Positions 58,415 to 64,000 of a DNA stretch of 64,000 bases are shown here, piece after piece. The stretch is from a virus: the IMG/VR virus record IMGVR_UViG_3300032240_001872, positions 1 through 64,000 of that record; one strand, given 5' to 3'. The translations under genes were made by a program, and so were the position numbers. Position 1 is the first letter of the stretch. Each line of letters begins with the position of its first letter. The notes under the pieces are model-generated. The model had not been told where the DNA came from. It saw only the letters and a program-made list of their open reading frames with translations, and made no database searches.

Positions 58415-59333
58415 AGTTACAGGCCGTTGGGGACATGAGAGTTCTATCAAAGTAGAATGGAACCTTGGAAAACGCTGTAACTACGACTGTACATATTGTC
58501 CAACAAGTATACACGATAACTCTAGCGACCATATTGATATAGAAACGCTCAAAAAAGTTATAGACCAATTAGTTGCGCTAGGAAAGCCTATTAGACTCAG
58601 TTTTACTGGGGGCGAACCTACTGTACATCCTAAATTTGAAGAACTTGTTAACTATGCTAAACATGTTGGTATACATTGGATCAGCGTGACTACCAACGGT
58701 ACACGCAAGCCCGAATGGTATGATCGATTGCGAGTAGATCAATTTGTGTTTAGTGTACACTTTGAATATGACTATCAGCGAGTTATACATACTATAACAA
58801 GCCTTAAGAACTTTGCTAAAACATCTATTGTTGTACAACTAATGGCCCATCACGATCATATGGCAAACGTTAAAGATGTAGCAGAATACTTAAAGATTAT
58901 GGAGTTTCCTTTTACTGTTCGTAGAATACGCTGGACGGAAGGTGATCATAATATTTTTGATGACATGCGATATCACCCAGATGATTTTAAGTGGCTTATG
59001 GAGCGAGAAGCAACAGTTAAGACCAATGTAATAATTTGGTTAGACGACAAGTATACACAAATACCAAAACATGCCAACGATGTTATAAAAGAACATCTAA
59101 ACAAATTCAAAGGGTGGACCTGTAATGCAGGCATAGAAAGTCTAATGATCAACTGGGACGGAGATGTGCATCGTGCAACTTGTAGGGTAGGCGGCAGTCT
59201 AGGTAATATATACGAAGGCAACTTTATTGTACCTAATGAATCTGTAACTTGCGATCGAGACTTCTGCACCTGTGCGGCAGATATTCCGTTGACTAAGATT
59301 AAGTCTTTGAGTTTTCAATCAGTTGAATCATAA
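58407..59333 (+). CDS. Radical SAM enzyme (class A)
   Basis: WNLGKRCNYDCTYC, TGGEPT, TTNG, SVH, WTCNAG...ATC...CDRDFCTC. Likely ATG at 58407. Confidence 0.9.
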   Translation: MLKVTGRWGHESSIKVEWNLGKRCNYDCTYCPTSIHDNSSDHIDIETLKKVIDQLVALGKPIRLSFTGGEPTVHPKFEELVNYAKHVGIHWISVTTNGTRKPEWYDRLRVDQFVFSVHFEYDYQRVIHTITSLKNFAKTSIVVQLMAHHDHMANVKDVAEYLKIMEFPFTVRRIRWTEGDHNIFDDMRYHPDDFKWLMEREATVKTNVIIWLDDKYTQIPKHANDVIKEHLNKFKGWTCNAGIESLMINWDGDVHRATCRVGGSLGNIYEGNFIVPNESVTCDRDFCTCAADIPLTKIKSLSFQSVES

Positions 59334-59547
59334 AAGAACTGCAATTTCTAAAAGTTTCAAGCATTTTATCAGGGTCAGCTAACCACTGTTTATATTGCTC
59401 AGTCTGTTGCCAAGATTGTGCGGTGTGTCCATCAAATTGATGTAGTCTATCGGCCAAATCGTACATTGGATCCCCAGGAAAGTCTAAATCATTTATTAAA
59501 CTAAAAGATTCTAAGATTTCTACAGTTATGCGGTTAGCAGTTTTCAT
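59299..59547 (-). CDS. Hypothetical protein (82 aa)
   Basis: Last gene of a minus-strand operon, with its start overlapping the upstream gene end. Confidence 0.55.
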   Translation of the reverse strand: MKTANRITVEILESFSLINDLDFPGDPMYDLADRLHQFDGHTAQSWQQTEQYKQWLADPDKMLETFRNCSSFMIQLIENSKT

Positions 59548-60724
59548 TTATTATTCTCATTGTAATTGTATGTTGAGTTTCACTAAGATGATTTATCAGT
59601 ATCTTCATATTGTGATCCCAATTAGATTTAACTTCTAACAACTCTTTTTCCAGATCATTAGGATTATTGTCAAAATGTTGTAAGGCATTAATTGTTGCTG
59701 TTAATCTTTTGGCAGGGTCTTTTATTTTATCAATTTGGTAAGTTATCTGGGAGAATTTAAAATCATATAAATCTGTCAATGTGTGATAAAGATCAAAACT
59801 TGCTACAGGTAATATAACTTGCCTGAACAATATTGGTTTTAGAGTTTTTTCAGTAAAAAATAAGTTGTTCTCAAAAAAATGAGTTTCTGTACATACATTT
59901 ATAGGAGCATCTAATGCTTCATCATTTTTCATAGACGGTAAAGTTTCAGAATCCATACTGATAGTATCAACTGATAAAGGTAACAGTTTATTGAGTTCTA
60001 TCAATTCTTCACGAGTTATCTCTATTCCAAGTTGTTTTCCTAAACTAATACATCGACTATTGAAATGTGATAGATGCATAGACACTATCCCTTTATCTAA
60101 TAACTTTTCTTTATACAACATATAAAAGATAAAGATGCGGCCCCACCTTTTATGTCTGTTAAAACTCCAATATAGTTTTTTGTATTGAGTAGGAATTAAA
60201 TTAGGCCATTCATTCGTAAAAAACTCCTTAGTATCTTGCGCATTATATCCCTTTGCAATCGACCCTAATAACAACTGAGAAAAATGTAGATTTGGAAAGT
60301 ATTTTGCTTTGAACGGCGGTTTTTTTACTCGCATGGTTCGACACCATTTTAAAAAACTTCTATCTGTATCAATATCATTATCAACATAGCAAAGAGTTTT
60401 TGGTCGAAACCTATTATAAAAGGACATTAGAAATTCATATACGGGCTGTTGACTCTTAGATTCAATAGGGCACTGACCTAATAACTTTATAGGGCCTTCG
60501 TATACATTGTTTATTATTACATGATCAAAACTTTTAATCCATTCTTGATCTTTTATTATTATAGGAGATAGTTCTAAAGAAAACAAATTAAACAGTTCAA
60601 TAACAAGAACATTTGCTTTATCACTGGAGTTATATCGCCGGCCACTGACGTCGACGTTTTCAATTATTGCCGATGTTTGATTCAATTGCCAAAGTTTATA
60701 ACAAGTGTATGCCAATTCTGTCAT
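59534..60724 (-). CDS. Hypothetical protein, possibly GT-B glycosyltransferase-like
   Basis: SFNRHKRWGR...VCTETHF...FFTEKTLKPI, reminiscent of the (I/V)TEK donor-binding motif of GT10-type enzymes. Confidence 0.5.
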   Translation of the reverse strand: MTELAYTCYKLWQLNQTSAIIENVDVSGRRYNSSDKANVLVIELFNLFSLELSPIIIKDQEWIKSFDHVIINNVYEGPIKLLGQCPIESKSQQPVYEFLMSFYNRFRPKTLCYVDNDIDTDRSFLKWCRTMRVKKPPFKAKYFPNLHFSQLLLGSIAKGYNAQDTKEFFTNEWPNLIPTQYKKLYWSFNRHKRWGRIFIFYMLYKEKLLDKGIVSMHLSHFNSRCISLGKQLGIEITREELIELNKLLPLSVDTISMDSETLPSMKNDEALDAPINVCTETHFFENNLFFTEKTLKPILFRQVILPVASFDLYHTLTDLYDFKFSQITYQIDKIKDPAKRLTATINALQHFDNNPNDLEKELLEVKSNWDHNMKILINHLSETQHTITMRIINENC

Positions 60725-61725
60725 GTGAATTGAGATCCAGATTTATCAAATTTACCGCATTGCTTGGCACATTCATACAAGGGATTCCCGTTCCATGTTT
60801 CTTCAATTTTATTAAAGTATCCCGAATCAAATACATCTTGTAATGTTTGCTCGTGTAGGTTAGGAAACTCTCCTATCTTATCCATAAAGTCAATTCTAGT
60901 ATGTTGTTTGTGTAACTTTTCTTTAAAATCAATCCAACAGCACGGGCTTATGTTTCCGCTGGCAGCAACGTAAATCTGTTGATACTTAACAGCTTTACAT
61001 GTTATTGTACAGTTAGAAACTATTTGCTCTGATGGCAAGTCTCTAGAATATTGTAGTATCTGCGGCAACATGGTTTCTGTTTTAGAACTTGGGTATAGGC
61101 TGTAGATAGTCTTGCCCTCATCATCTAATACAGGAAACTTAACATCCGTAAATCTAGTTGTATGTTTTATTTGAAACTTTCTAAATCCTAGTTGTTCCGA
61201 TAAAGAACGACAGTTTTCAATTTGGTGTTCATTATGTTTGAATACTAACATGTGCCACTCAGCTTCGCCACCTACTTGTATAAATGCTTGAGCATTTTCT
61301 ATAATTTTGTCGTAATTCGTATCTATTCTATGTAAACTATGTGTGTCAGCAAGCCCGTCTATTCCAAATACAACCCTAGTACCTGTGTAAGCAATTTGTT
61401 CCCACCATTGTGCGCTTCTAGCACTACCGTTGGTATGCATGCTCAAATGTATAGTGGGATTTACTTCTCTCAAGTACTGTAGTATTTCCAAACAGTCTTT
61501 AGCAATTATAGGATCGCCTAGGTTACCGCACATGAACAAACTGTTTAACTGTTTGATAAAATCTACACTGAACCATAACTTGAAAGTCTCTAGGTCAATT
61601 TCAACTAAGGACATTAGTGGATTTAACATGCCGCCGTTAATACGTCTTGGGCACATAGGACAACGTGCTTGACATTTAGTTGTTACTTCTAAATGAATAT
61701 CTCGGATATCTTTTAAATTATACAT
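60721..61725 (-). CDS. Radical SAM enzyme with SPASM/Twitch-type C-terminus (class B)
   Basis: CQARCPMC, GNLGDP, HTNG, FGIDG, IYVAASGNISPCC...CAKQCG. Paralog of 39292-40356. Confidence 0.9.
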   Translation of the reverse strand: MYNLKDIRDIHLEVTTKCQARCPMCPRRINGGMLNPLMSLVEIDLETFKLWFSVDFIKQLNSLFMCGNLGDPIIAKDCLEILQYLREVNPTIHLSMHTNGSARSAQWWEQIAYTGTRVVFGIDGLADTHSLHRIDTNYDKIIENAQAFIQVGGEAEWHMLVFKHNEHQIENCRSLSEQLGFRKFQIKHTTRFTDVKFPVLDDEGKTIYSLYPSSKTETMLPQILQYSRDLPSEQIVSNCTITCKAVKYQQIYVAASGNISPCCWIDFKEKLHKQHTRIDFMDKIGEFPNLHEQTLQDVFDSGYFNKIEETWNGNPLYECAKQCGKFDKSGSQFT

Positions 61726-62311
61726 GTCCAATAATCATCCAACGAGTATATAAAGGTAGATGTAGATGTCCTGCCCATATTATGTTATTAAGATGGCATT
61801 GTTTTTTAAAATGATCTAAACTGTCTGCAGGCCTAACATGTTCATCTATTGCGTAGTTATTGCTCTGTAGCACTAACAAACTATTGTGTGGCATTCCGCT
61901 CAACCATAGGTCATATTGATCTTGTGTAATATGTTCGCAACTGGTATTAATAACTAGATCTGCATCACTACGGATAGCACACATATCAGAAGTAACTGCT
62001 ACAAAACGGCCTTCTATTTCTTCTTTCTTGTTCATCATTGTAGCCACGTGCTGACATAACGGGTCAATATCAACGCTACGAATAGTTGTAACAGGCACAC
62101 GACTCTGGAACAGCATACTGGCTAATACTCCTACCCAACCACCGTGTATATCTACACTGATAGGATTAACAATAGTCGATTCTAAGGCATTGATTAACCA
62201 TTCTTTACTCTTAAGTTGCCCGCTCCAGAACGCATCCATAGTACGCATTGGATTATTGCTTTCACGGATGGCACACATCCAGTAATGTAAGTGTTCAGTA
62301 TCTATTAGCAT
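61718..62311 (-). CDS. Class I methyltransferase-like protein
   Basis: IHGGWVG, RSVDIDP, SDM, INTSCEH. Confidence 0.65.
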   Translation of the reverse strand: MLIDTEHLHYWMCAIRESNNPMRTMDAFWSGQLKSKEWLINALESTIVNPISVDIHGGWVGVLASMLFQSRVPVTTIRSVDIDPLCQHVATMMNKKEEIEGRFVAVTSDMCAIRSDADLVINTSCEHITQDQYDLWLSGMPHNSLLVLQSNNYAIDEHVRPADSLDHFKKQCHLNNIIWAGHLHLPLYTRWMIIGHV

Positions 62312-63270
62312 TTCTTTTTATTCATATTGGTTTCAAAATTGCACCAGCATGCTGGTTGCTGGCAAATAGTTGTAGTTATTTCTGGTTGAAACTTTTCCAT
62401 AAAGTCTTCATCAAACACATTATACTCTTTACCATTGTATAGTTTGTTTCCGCATATACCGGATACTTCTCCGTCAAATTTAACATTTAGCCAATCAACT
62501 CCTAAATTACATTCCCATCCTTTAAAGTTGTTTAGCCTATCTGTTACTATTTGATGATCGTTTACCTTGTGCTTCTTACCTGCCTCATCTATTACTGAAG
62601 TTTTAATGCTCCTTATAGATGCTGTTTTTAAATAATACAGTATATTAGAACTACGAATAGTCAATGTCTTTAGTAGCTCTTTCTGTTCATCAGTGTAGGA
62701 TGCCTTGTCATGTATAACTTCAGAACATCTAATGCTCCAAGCATGTTTACTATTCTTGTAGTATTCTATGGCATTGACACATTCATCCCACAGAGAGGGA
62801 TCCATCATAACTTCTACATTTACTAACACATTCTTTGAATACAGATAATCAGCTACATCTCTATTGTGTTCTTTCTTAGAAAACGATTGATGATGGCTTA
62901 TTGATATTCTGTCTAAGTAAGGTCCTGCTTGTTTCCACCAATCAAGTTTCTTAGATGCGTTAGTAGTCAAAGAAAACCGGCAGTCATAATTCTGTTTAAA
63001 ATGCTTGATGAAATCAACAAACCTAGACCAATGGGTCACTTCTCCTCCAATTAGGTGTATTTGAAACTTTTTCTTATTAGTATGTTCTTTATAATAATCT
63101 AGTATATAGGAAATATGTTTAACGTACAAGTCAAAGTCTGGCCATTTGTACGTGCCAGTGTTACACCCCGGAAAACAATACCAACATTTATAGTTACAGA
63201 TGTTACCTATGTAGAGATCAATCCTAAAGAAATCATCAGGCCAGGGTTGTTTTACTTCAACTATGTTCAT
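62305..63270 (-). CDS. Radical SAM enzyme (class A)
   Basis: CNYKCWYC, IGGEVT, TTN, SHH, WECNLG...IC...CQQPACWC. Likely ATG at 63270. Confidence 0.9.
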   Translation of the reverse strand: MNIVEVKQPWPDDFFRIDLYIGNICNYKCWYCFPGCNTGTYKWPDFDLYVKHISYILDYYKEHTNKKKFQIHLIGGEVTHWSRFVDFIKHFKQNYDCRFSLTTNASKKLDWWKQAGPYLDRISISHHQSFSKKEHNRDVADYLYSKNVLVNVEVMMDPSLWDECVNAIEYYKNSKHAWSIRCSEVIHDKASYTDEQKELLKTLTIRSSNILYYLKTASIRSIKTSVIDEAGKKHKVNDHQIVTDRLNNFKGWECNLGVDWLNVKFDGEVSGICGNKLYNGKEYNVFDEDFMEKFQPEITTTICQQPACWCNFETNMNKKKC

Positions 63271-63274
63271 GATG

Positions 63275-63305
63275 TATTTAAACGTATTATAGTAGCATAT
63301 AAATA
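63275..63305. promoter_or_regulatory. Back-to-back TAAATA boxes
   Basis: Minus TAAATA-CATC-ATG (63270). Plus TATAAATA-TTTC-ATG (63310). Confidence 0.6.
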
Positions 63306-63309
63306 TTTC

Positions 63310-63984
63310 ATGATACCAATATTCATAGGCTACGATCCTAAAGAAGCAATAGCATACCATACGTGTGTTAACAGTATAATACGAACTGCATCTAAGCCTA
63401 TATCAGTTATACCATTATCATTAAATCTATTAGATGGTTATACCGAAACTCATATTGACGGTAGTAATACTTTTACCTATACAAGATTTCTAGTACCTAC
63501 TCTGATGGACTACAAAGGCTGGGCTATCTTTGTAGACGGAGATATGTTACTACGCGACGACATTAACAAACTATGGGAGTTGCGAGATGAAAGCAAAGCA
63601 GTTATGGTTGTTAAACATGATTACGAAACTAGAGCAAATAGCAAGTATCTCAAAGCAAGAAATAATAACTATCCCAGAAAAAATTGGTCAAGCGTCATCT
63701 TATGGAATTGCGGGCATGCCAGCAATAGAAACATTACCGCAGAGTTTGTACAACAATCAACAGGAGACTTTCTGCATAGATTTTCCTGGTTAGATGATCA
63801 ACAGATTGGAGAGCTACCAAAGGAATGGAATTGGTTAGACGTTGAATACGAATGGAACCCACTTGCAAAATTAGTACACTACACATTAGGAACACCGTGT
63901 TTCCATGAGTTTGCTGATAAAGGAGACTTTGCTGATGAATGGCACAAAGAACGCATATTAACAAATCATGCTGACCAAGTATAA
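63310..63984 (+). CDS. GT8-like glycosyltransferase
   Basis: MIPIFIGYD, FTYTRFLVP, FVDGDML, RKNWSSV, EWNWL, VHYTLGTP. ATG at 63310. Confidence 0.85.
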   Translation: MIPIFIGYDPKEAIAYHTCVNSIIRTASKPISVIPLSLNLLDGYTETHIDGSNTFTYTRFLVPTLMDYKGWAIFVDGDMLLRDDINKLWELRDESKAVMVVKHDYETRANSKYLKARNNNYPRKNWSSVILWNCGHASNRNITAEFVQQSTGDFLHRFSWLDDQQIGELPKEWNWLDVEYEWNPLAKLVHYTLGTPCFHEFADKGDFADEWHKERILTNHADQV

Positions 63985-64000
63985 AGCAAGAGTACAACCT

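Noticed and set aside
23467-63984. A bacterial chromosomal secondary-metabolite cluster, or a true saxitoxin/aminoglycoside pathway
   Set aside because: The context is phage (baseplate and fibre genes, ATP-dependent ligase, late boxes), and no scaffold synthase, exporter, resistance gene or regulator is present. The resemblance is at enzyme-family level only.
8566-63997. Other short ORF-track entries nested in or antisense to recognised genes (e.g. 8566-8841, 12082-12390, 14301-14738, 30215-30496, 33669-34106)
   Set aside because: They overlap well-supported genes or promoters and have no recognisable motifs.
1-64000. CRISPR arrays, tRNAs, rRNA, IS elements, diversity-generating retroelement
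   Set aside because: Intergenic gaps are all under about 100 nt. I saw no spaced repeats, cloverleaf signatures, transposase or reverse transcriptase by eye; tRNAscan and Infernal were not run.
1-64000. Stop-codon reassignment as in some large phages
   Set aside because: Conserved genes are full length in the standard code, and TAA, TGA and TAG all end genes at tight junctions.
63968-64000. Possible start of the next gene (MLTKYKARVQP...)
   Set aside because: Only 11 codons are visible, which is too few to support a call.

Overview
This is an AT-rich, very gene-dense segment that reads as a large tailed-phage (jumbo/T4-like) genome in the standard genetic code. The IscU, IscA and IF-1 sequences suggest a proteobacterial host (inference). 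It has four parts. (1) 1-8.7 kb, minus strand: virion fibre/baseplate proteins with internal repeats plus a subtilisin-like S8 protease, including an unlisted ORF running off the left edge. (2) 8.7-16.9 kb: HNH nuclease, NAD-dependent sugar epimerase, translation initiation factor IF-1, ATP-dependent DNA ligase behind a perfect sigma70 promoter, the Fe-S assembly proteins ErpA, IscU and IscA, a flavin halogenase-like gene and Fe(II)/2OG oxygenases. (3) 16.9-23.1 kb: three copies of one putative virion domain, the third fused to an S8 protease, Ig-like domains and an alpha/beta hydrolase. (4) 23.4-64 kb: a ~40-kb run of tailoring enzymes. It holds 13 radical SAM enzymes in five sequence classes (three B12-binding type), about ten Fe/2OG-type oxygenases (about 14 in the whole window), 5-6 glycosyltransferase-like proteins, a carbamoyltransferase preceded by an unlisted 33-aa PFIY peptide, an amidinotransferase, a class III aminotransferase, two SDRs, two methyltransferases, an SGNH hydrolase, an AdoMetDC-like proenzyme and two degenerate kinase-like proteins. 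This enzyme set resembles aminoglycoside/guanidino-sugar tailoring chemistry, and I infer it builds hypermodified glycans on virion proteins, DNA or the host surface. All seven divergent gene junctions carry TAAATA/TAATTA late-promoter-like boxes, mostly only 4-8 nt upstream of the ATG, which suggests leaderless mRNAs. I found no tRNA, rRNA, CRISPR array or transposon. Functional calls come from motif recognition by eye; no searches were run.
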